DNA of 63,771 nucleotides, filler included, from Octopus bimaculoides (taxonomy: Eukaryota), in the NCBI RefSeq assembly GCF_001194135.2. It is 5 parts of 5 records of this genome, joined end to end, with 100 filler letters (N's around TTAATTAATTAA, not from the genome) between each part and the next. Parts side by side here need not be neighbours in the genome. Positions count along the whole stretch, not along the records: positions 1 to 17,761 come from NC_069005.1; 4 more parts are not named here. One strand, 5' to 3'. Shown piece after piece: positions 1 through 11,893 of this stretch. Below the pieces are notes generated by a model, which ran no database searches, had not been told where the DNA came from, and saw nothing but the letters and a program-made list of their open reading frames with translations. How positions within the stretch are numbered: the stretch's first letter is position 1; each line of letters starts with the position of its first letter. Position numbers and translations under genes: made by a program.

Positions 1-3000
1 ATTTAAACGGAATTGGGCTGAAGTGTTTCCGGTGCATTGATAGAGAGGGAAGATTTGGTATTTCGGGTTTATGTTCACATGACATTGGTCTAGGTGCTTG
101 CTTACGGGAATTCTCCTGGTTGTGGGGTCCCGGACTTGTTGCCTGTGTACCGTTACTCTGTCCCTCAAGGTTAAACTAATTTGACCTATGTAGTCTCCAC
201 CACACCCTCCACCTTTGAGATGCAAGTTCCGCAGTTAGGGCAGTTGCACTTTTTGACTAGTGGGGTTGTATTTTTGGTGGGTAATTTGGCGCTGGTGCGT
301 AACTTTTTTAGGGATTGCTTTTAGGGATTGCTTTTAATAATCCTATGTGTTTTCAGTGCCTTTTTCATTTGCAAGTCCTTCATAAGAAGGGGTGTTTCAG
401 TGGATGATGATGTATGCTTCCATGTTCCTCGGATTGTGTGTTGATACGTAGGATAAAGTTTTAAGTGTGTCATGGTGTTTTCTTGTTTTCCGTAACTCTT
501 GGATGTCTATCATTTTTGTACGTTCTATTCCGTTTTTGATTAGATTAGCCGGATATTTTCTATCTAGTAATGTGTTTTTAAGTTCTTGGAGTCGCTTTTC
601 TCGGGTTTCGGAATGTAATGCAATCGTGCAAATTCTTCTTGCTAAGTTGAACGGGTATATTTATGTTAGTGTGTTTTGTATGGCAGGAGGAGAATAGGAG
701 ATATTGTTTCGAGTTCGTTGGTTTGAAGAAGATGTCGGTTTCAATTTCAGTATCTTTTTTTAATGATTAAGATATTCAGGAAGGGTAGGTGTTTGTGGAT
801 GTATTCTATTGTGAACTGAATACTGTGGTTAATGCTGTTGATTAAGTCTTTTAAATTTTGAGAATTGTTCAAGGTTACGTGGCCACAGAATGAAACAGTC
901 ATCCAGATAGCGTTTCCAGTTGGCGAGTAAGTATTTTTAGAAGTTGTCTCCAAATTTCAGTCGAGCGTGCTCGTATATTTGGACTTCCATACTTGGACTT
1001 CCATATTTGGACTTCCAAGGTTGGCAAAAATTGCCGATTTTCGTCTATAAGTGTTCTCGTTGAAGTTGAAGTTGAAGTTATTCTATAAGATGAATTTTAT
1101 TCCTTCAACGATGAATTCTTTTCCGATTCGGTCAGGAATGTCATTAAGGAATTTTTCCGGCTAGTATTGTATAGCTATTATTTCGTATTAGTGATGAATC
1201 GAGGTGTTGAGGTTTATTACATCGAATGAAACCAGAAGGGTTTTGTTCGGGAGATGATTTAAAAAGTTCAGATCATCCCTTATAAAGCTCGGTATATGTT
1301 GGAGAATAGGTTTAAGAAGGACATCAATAAAGTTACTGAGTCTGTGTGTCTCACACGAGAGACTGGCTACAATTGGTCTCATTTTGAGATCTCTCAGGTG
1401 TGGAATATTTATGACCTCAGAAGTTGATTTGTTACAGGCTTCGTTTATGGCTTCACTTTTGTGGATTTTGGGAAGTCCATAAAAGTTGCTGGTTTTGCAG
1501 TAAAATCTAGTCAAGTAATCTCTTTCCTTTTCCGTTAAATATTGTTGGAATTAGTGGATAAGGGTAGAAAGTTTAGTCATTATCTTGGATTGACTGTAGT
1601 TGTTGATTTTTTTCGTAGTAGGTATTGTCTTGAAAGAGGATTAAGGTAGTGTTTAAGTATATTTCTGAGTTCATGATTACTACAGCACCCACTTTATCGG
1701 CTTCTTTTATAATTATATTATGATCCTCCTTGAGATCATTAATGATTTCCCATTCTTCTCGACTTGTATTTGTTTTAAATTTTCGAGGTGGGAGTAGATA
1801 GTAGGGATAATTGGATACCAACTCCAGAGTTTGATTCCTTCCTTTTGTCGGATAGTAGTTACTTTTATTATGATGTATTGAGTGATCATTAGTTTCTTTA
1901 TCCAACAGTTCTTCAGTGACTCGAAGTTTTCTGCAGAATTCCTGGATATCATATTGTATGTCATTTAGGTTCGACCTTTGTGGTGTTGGGATAAATTTTA
2001 GTCCTTTTGCGAGAATTTTGATTTGTTGGTTTGAAAGGGTTTTATGTGAGAGATTTATTACCTTCGGGATCTCATATTTGGTTGGTACCATCGAGTGTCT
2101 CGGTTTTGGCCCAGTTTGCCTAAAAAATGGTTTCTTGGGTTTTGATATAAGGAATTAGTGTTCTTGTTGATTAACCTTCCATTGACCCTTGGCCTATTCT
2201 GGGATCTGCGTTGTGCTCAGTTCTGAGTGGGGTCGTTGTTTGGATGAGGTGGTCAGTGTGGAAGATATGTCTCGGGCGGGAGAAGTTCCTACTTCTTTGG
2301 TCCTATTCGCAGTCTTCATTATGTATGATGTGTCTCGGACGTGGGGAATTCTTATTTTTCTTATAGTTCTGTCCGAAATAGTTATTCATGAAGACGTGGA
2401 AGGTTTGTGGGCTGAGATGGGTTTCTGTATCTTTGAGTCGGGGTGTTTTGTCTTGTGGTTAAGGGTGCAATGGAATTTCCTATTTTGTGTCTTTGATGAG
2501 TATTTGGAACCTTGGAGAGGGTATTAGTTATTCTTGGTTCTGGACGGGCATTCAGGTATTGTTCCGGTAGTGACTTTCTTCCGGTTGTGTGGAGTTCGTA
2601 ATTTTTAGTTCTTTTCAAGAAAAGGTTATCACATTGGTATTCCTCCTTGAATTTTTCCGCATAGTAATTGAACCAATCGTTGTGTTTATACCATCTTTGA
2701 AGTGAGATTACTTCCACATTTTCACAGTTCTTTCTCCAGACTAGAATGGTATTGTCAAAAAGTTCCCCTTGAGTTTTTTTCACGATTTCAAGCTTCATTT
2801 CTCCAACAAATGAGGTAATATTTTCTTGGTGGGATTGATCTCTGAGTTTCAGTTCTTTTTCCAATTTGAAGTTCTCCAGAAACATTTTTTTTCTTAAGTT
2901 CTCTCTGTTTTGCTGGTTAATTGGGGATGGCTTTAATTTGCAGCTTTCTGGGGAGAATATAAGAGGTTGAGTCGAGCCATCTCTCGTATATCTCTGCTTT

Positions 3001-3180
3001 ATTGGAGTTCTTGGTCATGTTCCAGAAAGCGAATTTACGGTTTTAATAATTTTTGGCCCTTACTTGAAGTATAGCCTTCTTGATATCGGAAGGCTGTTGA
3101 TAGATGAGGTTATTTTTTTCCGTATCAGGATTAGGGTTATTTTCAGATTTATGTTTTAGTGAGGTTTCAAATGATTTACA
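1..3180 (-). mobile_element. Penelope-like retroelement (RT + GIY-YIG), degraded, running off the window start
   Basis: Minus ORFs: 1573-2091 (VINLS..LAKGLKFIPTP, PLE N-terminus), 1188-1514 (FYGLPKIHK..RPIVAS..LVSFDV, PLE RT) and 747-953 (INHSIQFTIEY..LPFL). Bases 1-250 encode the GIY-YIG tail (RDRVTVHRQQVRDP). Frameshifts and stops are present. Confidence 0.9.
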
Positions 3181-3198
3181 GATTTTTTTCGACGATTT

Positions 3199-3611
3199 CA
3201 CGGATTAGAACGTACAAAAATGATACATATCCAAGGGTTACGGAAAACAAGAAAACACCATGACACACTTAAAACTTTATCCTACGTATCAACACACAAT
3301 CCGAGGAACATGGAAGCATACAACATCATCCACCGAAACATGCCTCTCCTTATGAAGGACCTGCGAATGAAAAAGGCACTGGAAACACATAGGATTATTA
3401 AAAGCAAGAAACAACCGCAATCCCTAAAAAAGTTACTCACCAGCGCCAAATTAACCACCAAAAATAAAACTCCACTAACCAAAAAGTGTAACTGCCCTAA
3501 CTGCGGAACTTACATCTTCCTCTTAGAGGGCTCAACATACAAATTTAAGTCAGGTCAAACTTTTACCATAAAAAATCACTTCACCTGTAGCTTCGAAGAA
3601 CTTAATCTATG
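3199..3611 (+). mobile_element. Inverted 5'-truncated copy of the same PLE (left half, up to the GIY motif)
   Basis: ORF 3220-3654 (KKCNCPNCGT..FTCS) is the reverse-complement homologue of ~200-540. It ends at ACTTAATCTATG (NLIY). Confidence 0.85.
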
Positions 3612-4154
3612 GAGTAAAGATTTTTGCCAACATAACATGGCAGTTTTGGTTTAGGACGAATGTTGCTGTAATTTATCCCCAGGAGACATCGTCTCCAGTG
3701 GGCTATACGACACGATCCGTGTCCTTATATTTTTGAACAAGGGAATCTAGCACCCCAATCAGCTTAAAACAATATCTGATTATCGCGATTTCCGGGTTAT
3801 TTCCCTTTATCAGCACAGGATAATTGTTCGGTTAGAGGTATAATCTTTATTATGATCATTATGATCAAACATAGAATGATACAATACAGGGCAAACAATG
3901 TACAAAAATGTTATGAGAGTTCGAATGAAACTTCTAAAAATTTAATTATGCTATAATTTAACTGAATAATTTGGCTTACTTTTGCCTTTAAACGAGAACA
4001 TTTTTTAAAAACAGAAACCAAACAACAAGGAAACATTAAAAAAAGAAAAAGAATAAAAGGTTAAAAAAATTGAACCCGACAGCCTATAATACCCAGCAAC
4101 TAGCTTTTCCTTTCATCGATGATTAAGCTGGGTTACTGACACCAACCTTTCTCA

Positions 4155-7100
4155 TCACATCCTTCCATCGTTTCTCGAATTCACTCGGTGGCAGGGTCTT
4201 CCTCTCCAACCCCATCTTGGTATCTGAAGTAGGATAGCAAAACTGGGGCCAGAGACGAAGGACACTTTCACAAAACCTTCCATTCTAGTCCTCCAAAAGC
4301 ACTCTTTCAGTACTGCAACCGTACAGTAAAAACAAGCCTTATCTTCCTTTGTGAGTCCAGTTGGCGGTATCATCTTTATTATAGATCCAGCCGACAGCTG
4401 TACTCGTCCCAGATGCGACAACAGGTGTTCAACGGAACTTATCAAGCTGGATAGCTCCCGACATTGTACAAAAGTGTGCTGAACGGTTTCATCGTCCAGC
4501 CCACATCATGGACACGTCGGTGGCACTGACAAACCGTGCCTGAATAACTTATCGTGAACAGGTAATTCATTCCTGTAGCACTGCCAGGTCAGGGATTTTT
4601 GGAAATTGTCCAAGTACCCCGGCCTGAAAGTTTTTTTGAACAGGTTGGCAAGCTGGTTCTCATCGAACCCCAGAGCCCCTCCTAGGACGTCATCATTTTT
4701 TGCCTCTACCAGCCCTCTATAGAACACCGAGGTGGTATTCCCACTGCCGGCCTTGCTCGTCTTGTGGATCAGCCAGAGTCCCTGTCGGCACTCCTTCTGC
4801 CATAAAGTCAGATTCCGTCTTTTAATGAAACCGGGTTTAAATCTCTCCAAAGAAGCCGGTCGCGGGAAGAATTCCTCTGCCAGCGGAACCACACCTTATC
4901 ACCCTCCAGGTGGTACCAGAGATGTCTCAGCCTCAACGCACGTCTGCGCNNNNNNNNNNNNNNNNNNNNNNNNNNNNNNNNNNNNNNNNNNNNNNNNNNN
5001 NNNNNNNNNNNNNNNNNNNNNNNNNNNNNNNNNNNNNNNNNNNNNNNNNNNNNNNNNNNNNNNNNNNNNNNNNNNNNNNNNNNNNNNNNNNNNNNNNNGG
5101 TAGGTGATTACAGATGCTATAAACACCTGCACCACCTCCGCCCTGCCCTTCAAGGACAAAGGCCTTCCGGACCACTTCCGTTCACTACCTCGCTCCAATT
5201 CTTCTCTGTCTGAGAGTCTGGGCCAAACCAAATTCCAAGCAACTTAACAGGACCATCTGTCTATTGTTCAACAACACTGGACGATATCGGCTTGTTCTTC
5301 CAGGTGCCGAGGCGCAAACTGATGGCCTTGTCCTTGTTAACTTTTGCCCCTGCCATCGCTTCGTATCCTCGGAGAGCAACTTCTACACGAGGTAGCTGTG
5401 CTTCGTTGGACACGATGAAGGTGACGTCATCCGCATAAGCAGAAACAGATTTACCGCATCCGATTTCATTAGGGTTGCTTCCTAACTTCTCCAACTTCCG
5501 CAGCAATGGCCGAAACGTACATAAGCGGAGACAAGAGACACCCTTGACGAACTGAACGCTTGATCGAAAACGGCTCCGTTAGGTAACCGTTTATCTGGAC
5601 TGTGGACTTGATGCCGCTGTACATAGCGGAGATCCACTCGCGAAAGCCAGGGCCCAACCCAGCCGCTTCGAGGACCGTCCCCAGGTACCGATGGTCTACC
5701 CTATTGAACGCTTTACTTTGGTCTAAATAGACCAATGCCCCTCCTTTGCCGGCTAATTTCCCAACCCTATCTAAGATGTAGCGGAGAAGGTGAAGATTAT
5801 CCTGGATCGACCAGCCTGGGATTGCACATGTCTGTGCCTTCCCGACAAGTTTCTCCACGACAGCCGTCAACCTTTTTGCTAACATCTTGGCCAAAATCGC
5901 TAACTCTACATTAAGTAGAGTTATAGGCCTATAATTACAGATACTATCCCCCTTGCTCGGGTCTTTCTGGACCAGCGTCACAACTCCCCGACTCACAGAA
6001 CTGGGAATCCTCCCATTCTGTTGCCAGTTTGCATAGACACCTGCCAGTATATCCCCGAACAAGTCTGGCATACAACGATAAAACTCATAGGGCAGACCAT
6101 CTAGCCCTGGCGACTTTTCCCCGGTGCACTCGGCCAACACCTCTCTTACCTCCGTGGGAGTGATCGGTCTTTCACAACATTCCGCCTCACGTGCCGAGAG
6201 TTGCGACACACCAGCTAGGAAGTCCTTTAAGGCCTCCCCCCGTTCAAGCAGATCACTCTCCCCGAACAACCGAGCGAAATGTTGGTGAAAGACTTTCTGC
6301 ATCTCCTCCTGTCCATAGATCTTGCGTTCCTGTTCGTCCGTTAAAGACTTTATAGAGGACTTTTTACCTCTCTGACTCTCCTCACGACGCGCCCATCCAG
6401 CAACATTAATACCTTCTCGTTTCCCTGCACGTAGCTTAGCTCTAATTCTGAAACCTTCATGCTTGGCGTTGAAGTGACGGTACAAACCCGTTCTCGCTGC
6501 CAACACTCTAGATGCAGAACCAGATTCCATTGCCTCGTCTAAATTCTTAACTAAACCGCCCTCTATTCTAGTCCTATCTAAACTTAGCTGCCTGCTAAAT
6601 CTAATGGACTCCAAAAGGATGGCTCTTTTGAGGGCGTGCCACTATCTATTATTAATGGTGGTGCCACATAATGCCCTCTGAACTAACACTTTAATCCGGG
6701 TACGGAAAGCTTCACTAGTCAAAATAGATTTGTTCATTTTCCAATACCCGGGTCCCTGTCTATGACATTTATCTACATGTATCTCACACGTCACAAGTTT
6801 GTGATCCGTGTAAGGCACAATACAAAATTGTGGACAGCTAATTCTATTCTTATCTCTTTCCTTAACAAATACCCAATCTAGGTACGATCTGCGTGAGCTG
6901 TCGTTGTTACTCCACGTCCACTGTGGAACGCTCGGCTCATCCAGTCGGTAACGGTCTACTAGATTATAGCTCTCTTTAGTAGATCCTTGAGGCAAGGATT
7001 CCCTTTCCTATCAGTTGAGCCCACACTATCGACCCGTGCATTGAGGATAGTGTTGAAGTCCCCTACCAAAACTACCGTTTTAGACGTCACTAGAAAGTGC

Positions 7101-7462
7101 TCCAGGTCCCGGTAAAAACCAGACTGCCTACATTTCTTAGGAGCATAGACAGCTACCAACCTGAAGGACTGCTTACTCGCATGAATCACATCCAGGACAA
7201 CCAGCCTACCTTCTGGGTCCAGAAAGACAGTACTAACCTGTAAGTCCAAGTTCTTCCTGATAAAGACTGCTACGCCTGTACCTCCTCCTCGGCTAGGAGA
7301 AATAAATTTCTCGTAACCATTCAAAAGAGGCGAGAACGCTTGAGGTCCGCTCATCTTGGACTCGGTTACAATAGCCACATCTATTCTATGTGTCGTGAGG
7401 TCATTCAGGAAACAAGCCTGTTTCCATCTCGACCTCATATTCCACGCACATTTAAACAACAT
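4155..7462 (-). pseudogene. Tx1/L1-like ORF2 (APE endonuclease + reverse transcriptase), frameshifted
   Basis: 6959-7462 APE (AWNMRS, VTES, LVAVYAP, GDFN); 6642-6995 (SYLD, YTDH, GPGYWKMN); 5469-6614 RT (KSPGLDG, NYRPITLLN, DQSKAFNRV, SVRQGCLLSP); 5261-5506 (AYADD, GAKVNKDK); C-terminal fragments continue to 4155. Confidence 0.9.
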
Positions 7463-7489
7463 AACTTAATCATCGAAGAAAGAAAACAA

Positions 7490-9287
7490 ATTTACTCACA
7501 GTTGTGAGCGGGAGCATGGCAGCTTTTGTCTGCATGCTTCCCCAGCACTCCCCGTAACTGTGGGCTTTTCACCGGCGTTGCCACCGGGCTCTGGGTTGGT
7601 GTGGCTGCCGGGCTGATGACTAGTTTTCCAGTTATCACCTCCTGGGTGACTTCTTTAATAAGATTGTCTTTCACATGCTCTTGGAGGAGTCTCTCTCTCT
7701 CCACTCCTCCTCGCCGATCTTTGCATATCTAATGTCAGACTCTTTGTCTATTACTTTAAAAAATTTTATTCTCGGGTGTGCTTTTATCAAGGACACAATC
7801 CTCTCATTTCTCACATTAAAAGCCACAATTTTGTCTGTTTTTTTTTCAGTCCTTTTAGAGTTGGCGGGTGGGATATGTTAAAACGTTGCCCTATCAANNN
7901 NNNNNNNNNNNNNNNNNNNNNNNNNNNNNNNNNNNNNNNNNNNNNNNNNNNNNNNNNNNNNNNNNNNNNNNNNNNNNNNNNNNNNNNNNNNNNNNNNNNN
8001 NNNNNNNNNNNNNNNNNNNNNNNNNNNNNNNNNNNNNNNNNNNNNNNNNNNNNNNNNNNNNNNNNNNNNNNNNNNNNNNNNNNNNNNNNNNNNNNNNNNN
8101 NNNNNNNNNNNNNNNNNNNNNNNNNNNNNNNNNNNNNNNNNNNNNNNNNNNNNNNNNNNNNNNNNNNNNNNNNNNNNNNNNNNNNNNNNNNNNNNNNNNN
8201 NNNNNNNNNNNNNNNNNNNNNNNNNNNNNNNNNNNNNNNNNNNNNNNNNNNNNNNNNNNNNNNNNNNNNNNNNNNNNNNNNNNNNNNNNNNNNNNNNNNN
8301 NNNNNNNNNNNNNNNNNNNNNNNNNNNNNNNNNNNNNNNNNNNNNNNNNNNNNNNNNNNNNNNNNNNNNNNNNNNNNNNNNNNNNNNNNNNNNNNNNNNN
8401 NNNNNNNNNNNNNNNNNNNNNNNNNNNNNNNNNNNNNNNNNNNNNNNNNNNNNNNNNNNNNNNNNNNNNNNNNNNNNNNNNNNNNNNNNNNNNNNNNNNN
8501 NNNNNNNNNNNNNNNNNNNNNNNNNNNNNNNNNNNNNNNNNNNNNNNNNNNNNNNNNNNNNNNNNNNNNNNNNNNNNNNNNNNNNNNNNNNNNNNNNNNN
8601 NNNNNNNNNNNNNNNNNNNNNNNNNNNNNNNNNNNNNNNNNNNNNNNNNNNNNNNNNNNNNNNNNNNNNNNNNNNNNNNNNNNNNNNNNNNNNNNNNNNN
8701 NNNNNNNACTTAAAACACCTGAGCCTATGTCCCTCCACCGATACACGAATTATATGCCCCTCCCTCACGAAGACTCTATCGGGCAAACTTTCCAGAGTTG
8801 AATTGTCGGCCTGGATGACCATTTCTAGCATTTGACCTTTCCAATTTATAGGTTCTTTCTTCCTCATACTTAAAATAGACAATTTTCCTTCTGCGTCGAA
8901 AATTACCGCAGCTGCTACCCACATAACTTCGTAGGCCACTGGTATATCTTAAACCGTTAATTTGGCTCTTCTACGCCCCAAATATGTGGGCAACAACATG
9001 ATTTCTTCACTTTTTAACGTTTGAGTGGAAATTTCCTTTACTACGCTAGCCGACTCAAAATGAGCTTCTACTGTAGCACTTGTCATTCCTCGGCTAACAA
9101 AGCGAATTTTATTCCATATTGGTACCATGCACCGTTCGACCACTTCAACTTTTACACCAGTAATCCTTTTCTCTTTAATATTGTAAACTTCGTACACTAC
9201 AGTTTTTTCACGTATTGTCTGCACAATTTCTGGGGGCGGTACCAATTTAGTTTCTTTACCTGTTTTGTGGNNNNNNNNNNTGATCAA
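7490..9287 (-). pseudogene. Tx1/L1-like ORF1 (gag-like), interrupted by a gap
   Basis: ORF pieces 8949-9287 and 8709-8939 end RVSVEGHRLRCFK, the start of an ORF1 zinc knuckle. They lie directly upstream of ORF2, with a basic/low-complexity tail at 7492-7897. Confidence 0.6.
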
Positions 9288-9292
9288 TAAAT

Positions 9293-9650
9293 TAGAAAAT
9301 TACTATTTTTAAATCTCACAACGAGAGATATTCAGCAACAGTACTTTGAAGTAAAGATTTTTGCCAACATAATATAGCAGTCCTGGTTTAGGACGAATGT
9401 TGCCCCTGTAGACACCACCGCTCAGCTCAAGACAGTTTTTTGAGCTGAGTAGCGGTGCTAGATTCCCTTGTTCGAAAATATAAGGACACAGATCGTGTCC
9501 TTAGCCAGCTGGAGATGATGTCTCCGGGGATAAATTACAGCAACATTCGTCCTAAACCAGGACTGCCATGTTATGTTGGCAAAATTCTTTACTCCAAAGT
9601 ACTGTTGCTGAATATCTCTCGTTGTGAGATTTACAAATAGTAATTTTCTA
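9293..9650. repeat. 358-bp fold-back palindrome (111-bp arms) with internal hairpins
   Basis: 9293-9403 is the reverse complement of 9540-9650 with 5 mismatches. Internal stems at 9421-9430/9440-9449 and 9481-9489/9495-9503. Confidence 0.95.
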
Positions 9651-10321
9651 ACTTAATCTATGTTCTCAAAGGTGGAGGGTGTGGTGGAGACTACATAGGT
9701 CAAACTAGGTTAACCTTGAGGGACAGAGTAACGGTGCACAGGCAACAAGTCCGGGACCCCACAACCAGGAGAATTCCCGTAAGCAAGCACCTAGACCAAT
9801 GTCCTGTGAACATAAACTCGAAATACCAAGTCTTCCCTCTCTATCAATGCACCGGAAACACTTCAGCCCAATTCCATTTAAATAAGGAAAGCATACTCAT
9901 TAAAAAATATAAACCACGGCTGAATATCCTTTAGAAAGAAGAAAAAAACACTAAAAAGAAAAAGGAAAGAGGACTCAATTTCTCCATAAAAAACAACTAG
10001 GTACAACAGACAATGTTTGAAAGTAATAGTTTTTCCACCCGGGTTTCGAAACCGCAACTCCAGATCAAATACAATAATACCATTCAGACACCAGTTGCCG
10101 ACGTCACCTAACTCTAGACCAATGAAATTTTACAAACACCAGTTTCTGGCGTCACCTGACTCTAGACCAATGAAATTTTACCTCCAATCAAAACCGAACT
10201 TCAGCAAATACAACAAAATGACCCTTTAAGAGAATCAACCAACTGGAACGGCTGATGACCGTTCCCCACAAGGAAGCCAATCAAGCAGAACGACAAACTT
10301 GACCACGAAAAAAACCAAGAC
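9651..10321 (+). mobile_element. PLE GIY-YIG endonuclease end and pseudo-LTR (right half of the split copy)
   Basis: NLIYVLKGGGCGGDYIGQTRLTLRDRVTVHRQQ..KYKPRLNIL* (stop at 9934), followed by non-coding pLTR-like sequence containing a 48-bp duplication. Confidence 0.85.
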
Positions 10322-10612
10322 NNNNNNNNNNNNNNNNNNNNNNNNNNNNNNNNNNNNNNNNNNNNNNNNNNNNNNNNNNNNNNNNNNNNNNNNNNNNNNN
10401 NNNNNNNNNNNNNNNNNNNNNNNNNNNNNNNNNNNNNNNNNNNNNNNNNNNNNNNNNNNNNNNNNNNNNNNNNNNNNNNNNNNNNNNNNNNNNNNNNNNN
10501 NNNNNNNNNNNNNNNNNNNNNNNNNNNNNNNNNNNNNNNNNNNNNNATTAATTTCTTGTCGACCACTACTAACATTATTGAATTTTGTACATTTAAAGAA
10601 GTCGATCCACAG

Positions 10613-10662
<50 letters not shown>

Positions 10663-10839
10663 TTATATATATATAAGGTAAGCAGAGTTAGCGGTTGTAA
10701 TAACCGTTTAAGGAATAAGAATATCCGTTCTTACAACCGGTATCGTTTATCCATGCTATCCCGGGCATGGGCATGTAAGCATACTATGCTCACAGAGTAC
10801 ACGTAATAACTGAATAAACAAAAGTTTATCTAGAATCAA

Positions 10840-11612
10840 ATTTAGATAAGCGGAAATGGAGAAAACTTTTCATCAACAAACAAATTGACCAACATCGGTT
10901 AATTATTTTTTAATACAAACATAACAATATTTTCATAACACTTCTTACGGTCGCTTCGGCTGCCGATGTCAATCGGTGCTTACAAAGAAAATTCCGAAAA
11001 TGATATTCGCCATCTTTATAGCACATTCGATGGAGCTTCATCAGAGTGAATACAAATGCAAAATATACATAAAATAAAATACACGAAGGGAAGTGGAAAA
11101 AGGAAAGGATATGGCCTCGAGATGAGGTCATAAGGCTCAATATATTAGAATCATGCCATTTTGTTGTGTGAAGCTTGAAGGCAAAAGAGTGAGCTAGAGA
11201 AATAATTTATGGGTTATCTCTTTATGCAGGGGTTCCAAGGTGTATAAATAGTTAACTAGTGTTAACATAAAGCAGGAATCGCCAATATGTCTAGAAAATG
11301 AATTGTACTTATGATTTCATAATTAATATTTATCAAAACCAAACCTGAATTTCAGTAAGTATTTCAGTGAGTATTTCAGTAAGTACACCATTATAAAAAC
11401 TCTAAAGGTTTGTATTCACTCTGATGTAGATCGAATGTGCTATAAAGATGGCAAATATTATTTTCGGAATTTTCTTTGTAAGCACCGATTGACATCGACA
11501 TCCGAAACAGCCGTAAGAAGTGTTATGTAATGTTATGTTTTGCATTAAAAGATAATTAATTGGACAAGTTTGTTTATTGATTAAAATTTTTTTCCATTTT
11601 CTGCTTATTTAA
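10840..11612. mobile_element. Fold-back/MITE-like element with ~240-bp imperfect TIRs
   Basis: 10840-11085 is the diverged reverse complement of ~11405-11612 (shared blocks CTTCTTACGG, GATGTCAATCGGTGCTTACAAAGAAAATTCCGAAAA, CATCAGAGTGAATACAAA). The TSD cannot be read because a SINE abuts the right end. Confidence 0.75.
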
Positions 11613-11621
11613 ATATATATA

Positions 11622-11752
11622 GGCGCAGGAGTGGCTGTGTGGTAAGTAGCTTGCTTCCCAACCATATGATTCTGGGTTCAGTCACACTGCGTGGAACCTT
11701 GAGCAGGTGTCTTCTACTATAGCTTCGGGCCGACCAAAGCCTTGTGAGTGGA
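11622..11752 (+). mobile_element. tRNA-derived SINE, family B (CORE-like central block), cut by a gap
   Basis: A-box GTGGCTGTGTGG, B-box GGTTCAGTC, then CCTTGAGCAGGTG..GGGCCGACCAAAGCCTTGTGAGTGGA, which is shared with many other copies in the window. Confidence 0.8.
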
Positions 11753-11852
11753 NNNNNNNNNNNNNNNNNNNNNNNNNNNNNNNNNNNNNNNNNNNNNNNN
11801 NNNNNNNNNNNNNNNNNNNNNNNNNNNNNNNNNNNNNNNNNNNNNNNNNNNN

Positions 11853-11889
<37 letters not shown>

Positions 11890-11893
<4 letters not shown>

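Larger units (their letters stand above)
3612..9650 (-). mobile_element. L1/Tx1-clade non-LTR retrotransposon insertion with inverted-repeat termini and a 12-bp TSD
   Basis: Contains ORF1 and APE-RT ORF2 fragments. Flanked by ACTTAATCTATG at 3600-3611 and 9651-9662. The PLE reading frame resumes after 9662. Three N gaps lie inside. Confidence 0.8.

Noticed and set aside
3755-3790. Resemblance to U2 snRNA (ATCAG..AATATCTGAT), a known Tx1/Keno target
   Set aside because: The match is short, needs an insertion, and is in the wrong orientation relative to the LINE.
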